Assembly (NCBI RefSeq): GCF_002113885.1
Contig: NW_018404662.1
Location: 854,114 to 918,113, forward strand
Length of the DNA stretch: 64,000 nt
DNA from: Mizuhopecten yessoensis
Lineage: Eukaryota
Direction: 5' to 3'
The stretch's first letter is position 1. Each line of letters starts with the position of its first letter. The notes under the pieces are model-generated. The model searched no databases, was not told the origin of the DNA, and saw only the letters and a list, made by a program, of their open reading frames with translations. Of this stretch, positions 12,590-25,600 are shown one piece after another. Both the position numbers and the translations under genes were made by a program.

Positions 12590-14065
12590 ATGTCTTTAAG
12601 ATTCTTCAAACTGTTACAAATGTCGCCAACATGTAGCTCTGCGCCATTGGTGACCTTCAGTAAGTTCATGATGCCATCGTGTGGGAGGGTTGGATTGACG
12701 TTATTACGTTCGTTTCACTCAAGTGTAAGTTATTTAGTCCCTAATACTTCTCCTAAGCTGTCACCTCAACAGGTCAACTCATACATTAGACTAAATGAAC
12801 AGTCAATTCACGGGGAAGGTGCTGTGAAAAGCTTCGACTGTAATCGTCTTCCGGCTAATAATCCAATAGAAGACCGAGACGCCTCAGCAAAACTGAAGAA
12901 TTCAAAGACTGGCCAATATTTGTTCGGTGTTTTCGATGGTCATGGTGGAGACTTTTGTTCGCAGGCTGTTTGCGAAAGACTTTACAATTACATATCAGTG
13001 ACAATGTCTCCACCAGAAACACTGGATATGATAAGGAAAGCCAATTATGAAATTAGTTCTCTTGTGCATTGGTTACATGGACCGCAGAGTGTATTCACTG
13101 ATGTCATGGAAAATGTTTACAAGGCAAAACTGGCGAAACTAGCATCAGAAATTCTTTCTCTCTCCGAGGAAACAACCATAAAAGAAAACCTTATTAGTGC
13201 ATTTAATTCCCTCGACCATGATCTGATGATTGAAGCCGCACCTACTACTCTCAATAGAGAATTACAATTCAATTCTATGCAAATGGCATTTCAAGGATCA
13301 TGTGCATGTGTTGCAATGTTAGATGACACTGAACTTTTTATTGCCAACACAGGAGATTGTAGAGCAGTATTAGGAGTACAGGATGAGCATGGCTGGAATG
13401 CTCTACCATTGTCTCAAATGCATGATGCTGCAAATCCATCTGAAATCAGGAGACTTTTACAGGTACATCCAAATGAGAGATCTAATATGATCCAGCAAGG
13501 AAGGCTATTTGGGATACTGGCTCCACTGAGGGCATTTGGAGACGCTCAGTTTAAATGGTCTGCAAGAGATTTGAAACATGTCGAAAAGACAAGTGCCTAT
13601 GATATTCCTATATATGGCAAAACCCTGATGCCCCGAGGCTACCAAACTCCTCCTTATGTTACTGCTGAGCCTGAAATAATCCAGCATTCATTGACACCAA
13701 AAGACAAGTTTCTCATTATAGCTTCAGATGGACTGTGGGAACAAATGCCAGCAGAAAAGGTTGTTCAGTTAGTTGGTGGTCACAATATTGGTCATCAAAT
13801 ACCTGTGAACTTTCAACCTACTTCAAACATGAATTTGAGAGACATAAATGAAATGCTCAAAAAGAGGCAAAATGACTTGAAGAAAAAACCACAAGATGAC
13901 AATGTGTGTTCCTATCTACTTCGCCATGCTCTTGGTCCAGAACACCAAAGAATCTCAGAAACATTATCTCTTGCCCCAGGTTATGCCAGATCTTACAGAG
14001 ATGATATCTCTATTATTGTAGTTCATTTTGACAGTGCATACATCAAAGACAGATATGTAACATGA
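12590..14065 (+). CDS. PDP1: [Pyruvate dehydrogenase]-phosphatase catalytic subunit, mitochondrial (PP2C/PPM family), single coding exon, 491 aa
   Basis: Uninterrupted ORF. PP2C/PDP motifs: LPANNPIEDR, FGVFDGHGG, ANTGDCRAVLG, GRLFGILAPLRAFGD, Y-x-TPPYVTAEPE, IIASDGLWE, RDDISIIVVHF. Basic, Ser-rich mitochondrial presequence. An invertebrate gene would be co-orthologous to vertebrate PDP1 and PDP2. Confidence 0.95.
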   Translation: MSLRFFKLLQMSPTCSSAPLVTFSKFMMPSCGRVGLTLLRSFHSSVSYLVPNTSPKLSPQQVNSYIRLNEQSIHGEGAVKSFDCNRLPANNPIEDRDASAKLKNSKTGQYLFGVFDGHGGDFCSQAVCERLYNYISVTMSPPETLDMIRKANYEISSLVHWLHGPQSVFTDVMENVYKAKLAKLASEILSLSEETTIKENLISAFNSLDHDLMIEAAPTTLNRELQFNSMQMAFQGSCACVAMLDDTELFIANTGDCRAVLGVQDEHGWNALPLSQMHDAANPSEIRRLLQVHPNERSNMIQQGRLFGILAPLRAFGDAQFKWSARDLKHVEKTSAYDIPIYGKTLMPRGYQTPPYVTAEPEIIQHSLTPKDKFLIIASDGLWEQMPAEKVVQLVGGHNIGHQIPVNFQPTSNMNLRDINEMLKKRQNDLKKKPQDDNVCSYLLRHALGPEHQRISETLSLAPGYARSYRDDISIIVVHFDSAYIKDRYVT

Positions 14066-14499
14066 CTTTTGAATTCAGCTACATATGTGTTCCATGTGGT
14101 CTTTATATTTAACTGTGGAATGAACATATACCGATAAATGGTAGTTTACTGCATGCAGTTTGAAGCTAAGTCTAGCTGATGAGAGCAACCCTCAATCATG
14201 ATCTTATCTATTTGTAATTGTGTTCAAAATTAACAAAGCAAATAGGCCAATGGCACAGTAATAGATAAAATGTTATGTTTTGGACATGATCTGTGCATTG
14301 CATTTGGTATGCTTGTGCAGGAGATAAGAAAAAAAAGACTGACAGTTATATATTATAAATGCAATCTTAAGGAATGAGGCACTAAATATGTTCATGTTTT
14401 AGGACTATTATTTGTTAAACATTTGGTATACACAGTAATGTTGTGTACCCAAACTTGATTACAAAATACTCAATTATTTAAGATTTGTTTAAAAAAAAA

Positions 14500-14632
14500 A
14501 TGTTATCACATGAATAAATTAGTTTGTTTACTTTTAACAAGAACAGACATGTATACATACATGTAAATAATGTATGTATACATGTCTGTTCTTGTTAAAA
14601 GTAAACAAACTAATTTATTCATGTGATAACAT
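14500..14632. repeat. Perfect 63-bp inverted repeat with 7-nt loop, downstream of the PDP stop codon
   Basis: 14500-14562 is the exact reverse complement of 14570-14632. Loop GTAAATA. AATAAA at 14513-14518. Confidence 0.95.
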
Positions 14633-14719
14633 AGTGTAAACCATTATGACCTGTCACAACAGGCATATTGAAGAAACACTAAATGGCTGAAAATTTCCCT
14701 CAACTTTCCATAATTCCAA

Positions 14720-15070
14720 GGAGGCACAGTATTCTAGTGGTAGGACGCCGGCCTCGCGACCGAAGGGTTGCGGGTTCGAGTCGCGGCACAGCACTGTGTT
14801 GTATCTTTGAGCAAGATACTTTACTCCGCTTGTTCCAGTATACTCAGCTGTAAATGAGTACGTGGTTGGGCAGTGCTAGAATTGTTGAATGCTAGCTGTA
14901 AGTGCTAAAATGGCAGCACCAGCTGTATGCTCCCCAGGGAGTTGAGAAAGATATTGGCTGATTGCAAAGGCCCTATAACCGAGGATGATAATTTGTGAAC
15001 TGCTTTTAGACGACCTACAAACTAGGTTGTGATAAAGTGGTATATAATAACCTCAAATTATTATTATTAT
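14720..15070 (+). mobile_element. tRNA-derived CORE-type SINE
   Basis: A-box-like TAGTGGTAGG, B box GGTTCGAGTC (14773), CORE-like TGTATCTTTGAGCAAGATACTTTACTC..CAGCTGTAAATGAGTAC, (TTA)n tail. Confidence 0.8.
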
Positions 15071-15206
15071 CATTTCACCCTGCATACTAATACAGCTAGA
15101 GATGGTAGAATGATGTTAACCTAAATATAGAGGTCAAAATGTCAAAATCAAGGTCACAGGGTCAATCATTCGGTAGGTATAACAAGTAAGAAAGCACATA
15201 CACCAA

Positions 15207-15452
15207 GGCAGTCTTTAAAAGTATCTTGTTTGCAATTTCCTATTCCCGTTTTCAGTGGGTAAGTAGAGATTTTTTTTAGAAATTGAATATTTTCAATTTT
15301 AAAATTAATTATCGGATAAGCTTACCTGGTATTTGACATTTTTCTGCCAAAAAAATCACAAAAATGGTAAAAGTTCCAGAAAAAGGTGAACTATACTCAT
15401 TTTAAGAGAGTCAGTTTGGAAACCGCAAACAAACATTTGTTTAAGGATGGCC
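15207..15452. mobile_element. MITE, PIF/Harbinger-like
   Basis: Imperfect ~35-bp TIRs (GGCAGTCTTTAAA..TGTTTGCAATTTCC and GGAAACCGCAAACA..TTTAAGGATGGCC), flanked by a 3-bp CAA duplication. Confidence 0.55.
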
Positions 15453-15742
15453 CAAGATAGTTTGAAGTAGTTTGTGTTTCATAATTCTACTTATACATCC
15501 AAGATCAAGGTTGCCATTGCCAACAATAATTATAAGGTGTCACTTGTGGAAATCAGTTGTTTTAAACTTAACCCCAACTCCCTGTAGATTCAACATCTTG
15601 CACGAAATTTATATATATATGGTTTAAGTATCAATGATTGACAATTGTTTGGTTGCAGCACTAGCTGAATTCTTCATCACATTGTTCTCAGATATATGTG
15701 TGTGCTGTGTCTTGGTGCATTGCAGCATTTGGCAGTTTAGCA

Positions 15743-15880
15743 ATCAACCCTCAAGGCAAAAAGCTATTGTTTTATATAGTAGTAGTGACATATTGACTAT
15801 GAGAGTATAATCAACCCTCAAGGCAAAAAAGCTATTGTTTTATATAGTAGCAGTGACATATTGACTATGACAGTATAATC
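15743..15880. repeat. Tandem duplication of ~68 bp
   Basis: Two near-identical copies of AATCAACCCTCAAGGCAAAAAGCTATTG..GACTATGA. Confidence 0.85.
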
Positions 15881-18413
15881 ATCACTCAAGCTATCCTCAT
15901 ATGTTAACCATCATATGGTATTGCCCATTTATAATCCTACCACATTCAGACAGCATTCATATAGACAATGAATGCCATGAGCCAATTGTTGCTTTGGATA
16001 CTATTGAGCCTCACTGGACAGATGGCTGTTCTATGCATTGAACTAGCTCATACGATATATATTATTTGCACTAAATGCTAAAAATTAGTGTAATTATTTT
16101 TCTTAGATATAAAGACTCCAAAACTGGTTAATAAGATTGAAATGCTTTCATTTGGTATTCATAGGCAATATATATATACAATTGTGGATACTTATAATCA
16201 GTGGCCTTAAACAGGTTCCATTTCGACCATCATTTTGATTAACCATACCTACTTGTGTATTTTCACATGTTTATTTTGGCAAAAAATGCAAAGACTCAAT
16301 ATGTATTCACTAGTAATAAAGTGATAATATATTATTCACAGTGGCATAAATTAATATTTCAATGCAAAAAAATTGTTTTTATGGTGTGCATATATATATA
16401 TATATTATAGATATTAGGTACATGTATTATGAGTCAATGACATGTTGTGATATTTTTGTTTCACATTAATACATTGGATTTCAAATATTGTGATGATGTA
16501 ATTAAAATGGTCTCACAAATTCAATCTATCACAACTATTTACTAAGGAACATAGTCAAAAGAAGTTTGTATTGGTTCTTTTTCTGTCTTGACAAAATCAA
16601 AGACTCATTGTTAATCATTTGATTGGTTTTATACATAAAACACATCAACCCCTAGGGTGATATGTGTCCTTTGAAGATTGCTGAGAAGCTATACCAAAGT
16701 CAAACTCGACAGCTACGCTGCCGCTGCCGCTGCCGCATAATTCCTTTTATTTTGTATCAAAATGATCGCAGGGTTTGGTAAGTTTCCAGACTTAATCAAG
16801 TCATATGATCTGCTAGGTGACGCAATATAAAGCCTTCGATTTTGTTACGACGTATTCCAAGGGAGTAGTGATCTCGTTTATGTCGAGAACAGAACCATTG
16901 GTTTTTGAAGTAGATGTTGTCTATATACAAATCCATTTACTAATCATTTGAGATACAATAGCAAAAATCAGTATTCGTGAAAGAAGTGTAATTTTCAAAA
17001 TGTTTTATAACACAGCATATAATAGGATACTGGTGCATGTGTATATGTGAACTTCCCCTGCCATTATATTGATATTGGTGCAAGCTGTAAGTAAAATCTA
17101 TACTTAAAAACAGATCTATGAAAGTGCAATTACCAAACTAGAAACTGATGTAAAATATGACTAAACTAATAAAGGGGCATTCAATATAAACTGGATGCAA
17201 TCACTAAACTAGGAACTGATGTGAAATAGGGTCTAGTTGATTAAAGGTAATTCCTTAAAAAAAGTGATAAACCGTTAATGCATTGAATTATATTTACACT
17301 TCTTTAAGAATGTACAGGGTTTGAATGGGGTTGCTAAGAAAGGACACTTCAGGAACATCATAGCAGAAATATCAATGGATCTACTTTTTTGTATATACGT
17401 GTAGTACACAATGACTGCCATTTTACTTTGCTGCAACTGAAGTTTTCCTGTTTAACAATCTTCTTTTAATCATGTATCTAGTATCTTAGCTATTTATCTA
17501 GTAGCTTGGCTACTTCAATTTAGTATGACATTGAATTGTTACCAGACCAAAAACAGCAAGAGTACCTTGAAGTTACTGTGATTGCCAGCATGGTATTTCT
17601 ATAGTGGAAATTGATTTTGATTGGTTGCTGGAGACAAAGTAACTCAGTTGGTTATAATATCCATCTAGATTTCAGAAGTCTCTGGATCAAATTCCATTCC
17701 ATGTGTTTTTCCTTTCTCGTTAAATTTATTGTCCAGCATTGCAATCTCTACCAATGGAAGGTGGTATATAGGGTCTAGTGTGTCTATGGGGCCCTAGACT
17801 TTGTTTAAGGAGGGTGTGTAGGTGGGTGGAGGGGGGGGAGAGAGAGGTATGCAGCAGATCTGAACTGGACCGATCCTGGGTAGCTTACATATATAGTTGC
17901 TTATAGAGCATCTGTCCATAACTTGGAGGTCCCAGTCTCACTGTTGAATTTATCCGCATCTTTTAAATTATAATAGACAGTGCTAATTTGTTATTGTTCA
18001 TGTCAACAGTAGAATTATGCCAAATTCACATACTCAATTAACATTACCTAGTGTCTTTTTTTATGACATTCCTTGCCAAGTTGATATGCTAGAAAATGTA
18101 TTTAACCATATCTACAGTATACTTGATTTTGTTAATATCCGACCAACTCTGTAGATTTCCAACCAACTTCCATTGCAAGGTATTATCATTGCATTACAAT
18201 CATTTTTATTCACAATTTTTCTTTTACCTACTTATCCACATTAAATGTTATGAGTATAGGTACAGTATGACTGCACATTTTTTCATAACATTTAAAGTAA
18301 TGTACAGTTTAAGGAGCCGAATTAATATAAGTACTTAGGTACTTGTTTTCGAATCCTCTGTTGATTTTGTAATATTTTGTCACTGCCATATACTGAATAA
18401 AATACTGTTTAAA

Positions 18414-18583
18414 CTAAACATAGAGCTTTAAGTGTTAAAGTAATGTACAGTTTACTAATTACCTAAAAATAGAGCTGTAAGTGTTAAAGTACAGTACAGT
18501 TTACTAATTACCTAAACATAGAGCTGTAAGTGTTAAAGTAATGTACAGTTTACTAATTATCTAAACATAGAGCTTTAAGTGTT
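18414..18583. repeat. 49-bp minisatellite, ~3.5 copies
   Basis: CTAAACATAGAGCTTTAAGTGTTAAAG.. recurs at 18414, 18463, 18512, 18561. Confidence 0.85.
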
Positions 18584-19869
18584 CAAGATATCATACATCA
18601 GACTAAATGTCCCGTAAATCTTCAGTTAAAAAACAAGATGAAAGCTGCATCGAAGATCTAAGCATTGCAGCAAATTATAAATGTTACCATAGCAATTGAT
18701 TAAAAGCATATTCTCGAGCTTGCACACTACATGTATTACATTTGTTGAAACTTTTCATATGATTTGACAGTGTTACTTTCCTTGAATCTCCAGTGATTAA
18801 AAACATCAATTAATCTTTATTTTGTGATTAAAATGTTCTTAGGAACTATAGCCCTAGCTTCCAGATGTACATACAATGTAAGGGGCTTAGATTGTTCTCG
18901 CCTACAGCTAGTAATGTAATTTGTGTGAATTTCTGTGAGTCAACACATTGAGCATATACTTCCATTTAACATAAATTTGTTATACAGTAGAAAATTTGAA
19001 AGTGTACCATTTTGTGTATAGAAAAAAAGTTCATATATCTGTTTATAAAAGGCATGAATTTCCCATGTTCATTACAGTTAATTACCACTTAAGGATGGAT
19101 GCTATATATGTTACTGTGTCATGTCAATCTTTCCTAAAAGAGTTCAATGCTAAAAGTTGACACTTAAAGCTTGTAAATATTATAATATGGACTTGGTCAA
19201 ATAATTGAAGGAATTTACAGAAGGATGCATGCATTGATTGAATGTTCTCTGGAAATTATGAATAGAATTATAAAAATGTATAAATATATAAGGGAAATAG
19301 CTCTATCACAACTTATAGGAATAATGTGTAACGTAGCATACATTGAATATCCTTTAATATAATTTATTTGTTAGACATATATGGATTAAATGTCATGTAA
19401 ACAGCTGTTATTACATTATATAGATTTGTAATCGTTATATATGTGTTGTAGCTATTGTAGATATCCAAATTCCACAGCAAATATATCTTGCACAGGTTGC
19501 TCTGACTTGAGAACAGTACCAGAGATACATAAACATACTAAATATGTACAACAAGTTTTCACCACCATTTACTGGCACTTAATAGCTAGGCTTTTCTGAT
19601 ATTGATTTGTTATAAGATTATTCGGTAATTAACATTTTATTGTCTACAGCTAGAAAGTTTGTAACAGGTGTTGTACTAGTTAAGGTATGTTAGGGGGTAT
19701 AACATGTAGGAATTTTCTCCGCTGTTCCTTATACACTACATACCTGCTTAAGCCCTTGTTTTCTATTTGCTGGTACTATATGTAAATAAGACCTCAGGGA
19801 CCTAAGAATTTGTTACAGCTATATTTGAACCTATTAAACTAAGGTGTTAGAGTAAAGGGTAAACCCCCC

Positions 19870-19920
19870 NNNNNNNNNNNNNNNNNNNNNNNNNNNNNNN
19901 NNNNNNNNNNNNNNNNNNNN
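19870..19920. other. Assembly gap (N run) inside a poly-C tract
   Basis: Run of n flanked by C homopolymers on both sides. Confidence 0.99.
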
Positions 19921-21291
19921 CCCCCCCCTCAATGATGATAACATACAAGCTTCCGGTGGTGGCATGTTTTACTGAAAATTGATCATATTCCCCAAACGTG
20001 TAAAATTACTCCAAACCTCTTAGCTTGGGTCCAAATATAACAAATTCTCTGGTTCCTGTGAATAAGAAAGACTATAGTAGATGTCTTAAAGTCTTGAAAA
20101 TTACTTTTTTATTGCAATATTTCACATTTCTTGGCTCTATATTTAACGTAACATTGTTCTGTAAGAAATTTATTTCAAAGTTGCAGAATTGTATAATTTG
20201 TTCAGAAAAAAATATTTTAAAAAGTTCATTTTCACAACATGCATTGTTTTCTTAAATTTCTAATTTGAATTTCAGTGATCAGTCAAACCTTGTTAATTCA
20301 GACTTAATTTGAATCAGAAAAATATAGACAGTCTGATTTCATTCTTAGGGAGGGGACTCCCACAGCAGTAATTGTACTTGTCAATTCAGATATTTGCGTT
20401 CTGGAACTGGGAGTTTTATTGAAATATGTGGTTACTTACCTGTTCCATTGCCTTTTTCCAATTGTTGTATGTTAATTTTTACCGACATTACAGACACTGT
20501 AATAATTTTGTTAATAACTTATATATCTTGTTTAGAGCCAGTTTTCAAAGCGTATATAATTTGTTTCATGTTCTATTATGAAATGTTTGCCATGATTGGC
20601 AAAAGTCTGGATTCGTGTAAGAAATTTGTGTGTCCATACATTTTCTATGAAATCCAAGGTGTCTGGCTTTATTATTTTGTTTGTAAGGCTATCAAATAGA
20701 GTGTCTCAATATATTCTAAATTTAAAAAAATACATCATCATAAGCATAAAATCATAGATAACATCTGGTTTTATAGTCTTATGAAAGTATATGTACTTTG
20801 TTACTAAGAGGTTAAAAGTCCAGATTTTACAGTTATCACCTTCAAAGAATATGAATCTTTTAGGATAAGAAGTGGGATTCATTTTTACATTCAGTGGCTG
20901 TTGTGAGGTTATACTAATGTATCCAAATGACGTTTGATTCATACATACATGTACTTAGTATGCCTTATGGGAACAGTTTGAGCTCTATGACTTGCTACCT
21001 GTTTTTGGCCACTTAGCAACATTTTGGCCTCAAGAATTACATGCCCTTGACAATTAATCCTAGACCTGAACCTTTTGTTCTTAACGCATGTACTTGATTT
21101 GCTAATCACTTTACATCAAATTATTAATGAATTTTATCACATTTGCACGCTTGCTTCTAAAAGATAAAGGGTGAGCTTAAATAGTACTTTTATTTTGTGT
21201 TACCTAAAGTCGGTATAAGTTGTTCTCAGTCTACTGATTAAATATTTTGTCCTCCTTTTTCAAGCCACATTCAGGTGAAGAATGTACATAA

Positions 21292-21540
21292 TAATTGTTT
21301 CTGGTAAGGAGACGACCATTTTATTTAGGGAGGTGGAAGGATGCCTGACAGCTTAATTGTTTCCGGTAAGGAGACGACCATTTGATTTAGGGAGGTAGAA
21401 GGATGCCCGACAGCTTAATTGTTTCCGGTAAGGAGACAACCATTTGATTTAGGGAGGTAGAAGGATGCCTGACAGCTTAATTGTTTCCGGTAAGGAGACG
21501 ACCATTTGATTTGGGGAGGTGGAAGGATGCCTGACAGCTT
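21292..21540. repeat. 62-bp minisatellite, 4 copies
   Basis: Unit TAATTGTTTCCGGTAAGGAGACGACCATTTGATTTAGGGAGGTAGAAGGATGCCTGACAGCT. Confidence 0.9.
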
Positions 21541-23099
21541 TAATAATTATTCTCAATACACTGCCTACCATGTATATTTTCATACAAAAAATTAATGTGA
21601 AACAAATTTATGCCTGATCTGAACTTGAAATAAATCTAATCATGACTAAGCTGATCTGGTGCTGTTTAATAAAATACATTTTTAAAGATTTAAATTGTCA
21701 TATTCATGCTTTACCTGTAATCAATATTTGGAAGACATTTAAACTTGAATATATGAATCAATAAAATAACAACTTGTGGTTGACATAAGGTGTTTGCATT
21801 TCTGTTAATCATTTACCTAACAAATGAGAAGGAACTGGTGCCATGCACCTGTACAATGAAGTTGTGTCAAACTAAATAAATATAGAAGATTTCTGCTGAT
21901 TACTTTGTATATTTCTGTCTGTACATGTAAGTAACTATTTCTCTGTTTAAAACTGCTAAAGAAGGCTTTTCAAAATATTGGTTTACTTTGTAACTTAGAT
22001 GTAGGCATATTTTTACCTGTAGATAGAGTTTTTTTTACAAAAACAGTTTTGGTAAGAGTCAGAGTCTTTTTTGTTGAAAGATTCCATTGAATATCCACTG
22101 AAATGATATTACATGACATGTATATGAGAAATCAGCAAAGACTATTCCTTAAATGTCTGTTTTCATTTGTTGCGTTTGATGGGGATTGTATTAAATCTAA
22201 GAATATACAAATAATGTTATCTTGAATATATAATGATGCAAGTAAAAAATTTCTTGATAACATCATCAACACAAATTGGATACTATTGTCAAGACACATG
22301 TTTGTGTAAGATAGAGACTTGCTATTTGTTATATATACTAAAGTAAAACCTGAATAAAATGCCTCTTGCTTCATTTGCCAGCTCACTTTCTGCCATCATA
22401 TTTCAAGGTTTCTTTTTGATTTATAACAGATCATTTATATGTCTCCTTCAATATATCGCCAAACTCCTTTATAACGTCAAAAATGGCTGAAAAATAGTGG
22501 CAATATATCAAGGTTTTACTGTAGATTTTGTTCAGTCATAGTTCTGTAATTTTAAACTTCTGAGTAATATGTGTAACAATATATCCTATACATTCTGCTT
22601 CTCAACAAACTGAACAGATTTTATACAATCTAGAGCTGTATGTCATGACAAGTTGGCTACTGTCCTGTTTACAATGATGGTACTGTGATTGTGAACAGGA
22701 AGGGATTTCATATTTTTGATTAATTTGATTTATTGTTTTTGTGTTAATTTGTATTTGTAAAATTGGAGGTCAAATTATTTCAGATATATGTATTTGAATA
22801 AATAGAGCACTGGGAGATCTCCAGCTTTATTATTAAGACATTACAATTGTAATTACATCCCAATTACAGGGTCAGTGATAGAGTCATAATTGTAATCAGA
22901 ATCTGCACAGTGAGAATGTAAGAGGAATGTATAAAGATAACAACATTATAGGTCTGTGTTGATGGTGCGGTCAGGTTTGGTGTTGTGTTCATAATGTGGT
23001 CTGTATACTCATTTGTATTTATCGTACATATCAAACTTAGAAAAAAATTGTTCAGTGTATTTTCTTTTACAATTTTACATTGTGTGACGAGTTATGTTT

Positions 23100-23492
23100 G
23101 AAAATCTTTAGATTTAAGTTGGGATTAATAAAAAAGTGACCCTTTATTGGAAATGTTTTTGCGTTATTAATGAATGATCGACTCATGGTCCTGACAAAAT
23201 GTTGTTATTTTTCGGATTGATCAGAAACCCAATATGGCCGCCACGGCTGCCATTTTGATAAAAGAAACTATTTCAAACTTAAAATCAAGTTCTAATAGGC
23301 CAATTTAACAGGAGCTCTTTCTAGGAATGATCAACTCATGGTCCTGACAAACTTAACTTAACATTACACTTAACTATATTTTACTCAAATTGATTGGGAT
23401 GATTGACATCAATATCTCCACTTCATACTTCAACAACAACAAAAAATACTGCAGGACTCGGGTGACTGTCAAGACCCATGGGCCTCTTGTTT
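23100..23492 (-). mobile_element. HINE-like remnant (different internal repeat family)
   Basis: Ends GGGTGACTGTCAAGACCCATGGGCCTCTTGTT, the same terminus as the other HINEs. Repeated AATGATC(G/A)ACTCATGGTCCTGACAAA. Confidence 0.5.
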
Positions 23493-24589
23493 AAACTTAT
23501 TTGGTACCAAGCATCCATGGGGCAATTACAGGGAACTTTTAAATGAAGGATGAGGGCAGAGAATGAACATGGAAAACTGGAGTAAATCTTTAACAGACTA
23601 CTCCTGAATAACAGCATGACTGACGGGAATATATCCAAGCTTAAGATGGATACCCTAGCTGGCTCTGATTGGCTGAAACATTTTTAAGTTCTTCTCAAAT
23701 TCGATCTTGGCCATTTTAACATTTCCAAGTCTACCTAAATTAAAGCCATTTTGGTCATTGTGGAGTATAACATATAGATAGCTATGCAGAATTCAAAACA
23801 TAATTTACTTAGAACCTCTCATTTCCTGCCAAAAAATTGTGACAGATATTAATTGTACTGAAGTGGAACTGGAGTGGGTCGATCAATCATCGCCCATCAG
23901 GTAGTTCATCTGGTCTGGCTGTTGCATGTGTTTCTCTTTTTCCTGTTACAGTACATATGATCAAGATCTCTTCTAGCTCTTCCATTTGTCACCTTATTAC
24001 ATGTAAATACAAACAAGATTGTATAAGGTTAAAATTACTGTGTCTTCGGGGAGGGAGTTTTGTTTTTAGCTTTGTAATAGAGTAGCAAGACTGGAAAAGT
24101 TGGGGTCACTGGTTCAGTACCTAACAAAGGCATACATGTAGCTATATCCTTTCCCTATCTTTCTCAAACTGCAGGTGTCAAGACCAACCATTGTTTCAAA
24201 TACTGTGTGTGGTTGGCAAGGCAATATCCAAACTAGGATCAATGGGATTGAAAGCTTTGTTAAAGGAGGAAAGCAGAACTGGACTCGTTTGTGTCTCTTT
24301 GTGTGTAGATATAGAAGGTCCTGGATCAAATGGTGGTCTGGTTATTGCATGCATTTTTCTTTCCTCGAATTACATTTCTCTTCGGGAGAGAAAGACAGTT
24401 TGAAGGAGGGAGGAATGCAAATTATAATTATATTGGGTCCTTTGCTAATGACCAAGTATCTCGGCTGATCCGAGTATGCATCTAGAGTGACCAGTAAGAG
24501 GTACATGTAGGACCTTTAGGTCTAGCTCTTATTATATTGAATGGATGAAATTTTAAGTGGAAAACAGTTTGTTAATCAGATATTGACTT

Positions 24590-25600
24590 AGAGCCATTAT
24601 ATTTTGCCAGGTACCGCAGACAGAGTGCTATAAAGTATCCTCAAATAAATGACCTTGACCTACTTTAAAGGTCACAGGGGTTAAATATGTAAAAATCTTT
24701 TAACAACTTCTTCTCAATAACCAGTAGGCTCAGACTAATTATACTTAGCCAGTAGGTACCTGAGATGAAGTTCTATAAAGTTTCCTCAAATAAATGACCT
24801 TGACCTACTTTCAAGGTCACATGGGTCAAATGTGTTTGAAACCCTTTAAACATCTTCTTCTGAATAACCAGGAGGCCCAGTGTAATGATATTTGGCCAGT
24901 AGATACCTGGGACAGAGTGCTATAAAGTTCGGCTAAATAAATGACCTTACTTTCAAGGTAACAGGGTTCAAAATTGTAAAAACCATTTTAACAACTTTTT
25001 CTGAATAACCAGAAGGCCTAGATCAGAGACATCTGGCCAGTAGGTACCTGGGGCAGAGTAATATTAGTTTTCCTCAAATAAATGACCTTGACCTACTTTC
25101 AAGGTCACAGGGTTCAAAAATGTAAAATAAAATAAAAAATTAGACAACTTCCTCAGAATAACCAGGCTAGCACATAGTGCTATAAAGTTTCCTAAAATAA
25201 ATGGCATTGTTCTACTTTCGAGGTCACAGGGGTAAAATATGTAAAAACCTTTCAACAACTTCTTCAGAATATCCAGGAGGCACAAAATTTAATGATACTT
25301 GGCCAGTAGGTACCACGGCCGGGAGAGAGTGCTATAAAGTTCCCCCCAAATAGATTACCTAGGACAACTTTCACAGTCACAGGGGTCAAATATGTATACT
25401 TCTTCCACAATACCAGGAGGCCCTGGGTGATGATATTTGTCCAGTAGCATGCTGGGATAGAGCAGTATAAATTCTGGAACATTCTTAAGCAAAGGAAGCT
25501 CAATAAATGGAAATATTTGCAAAAGTACTTTTATTGAGAATATTTTCCGATGATTGCTCAAATATCCAGGTGAGCAATACAGGCTGTCAGGCCCTCTGGA
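24590..25600 (-). mobile_element. HINE with ~145-bp satellite units (partial)
   Basis: Repeated AAATGACCTTGACCTACTTTCAAGGTCACAGGGG. Terminus CCAGGTGAGCAATACAGGC..GGCCCTCT at ~25566-25598. Confidence 0.75.

Noticed and set aside
12590-14065. PDP as a processed retrocopy or pseudogene because it lacks introns
   Set aside because: The ORF and catalytic motifs are intact, there is no TSD, and vertebrate PDP1/PDP2 coding regions are also essentially single-exon.
14176-14205. CTGATGA-GAG..CTC hammerhead-like start in the PDP 3' region
   Set aside because: No GAAA follows stem II (AATC instead), so the core is incomplete.
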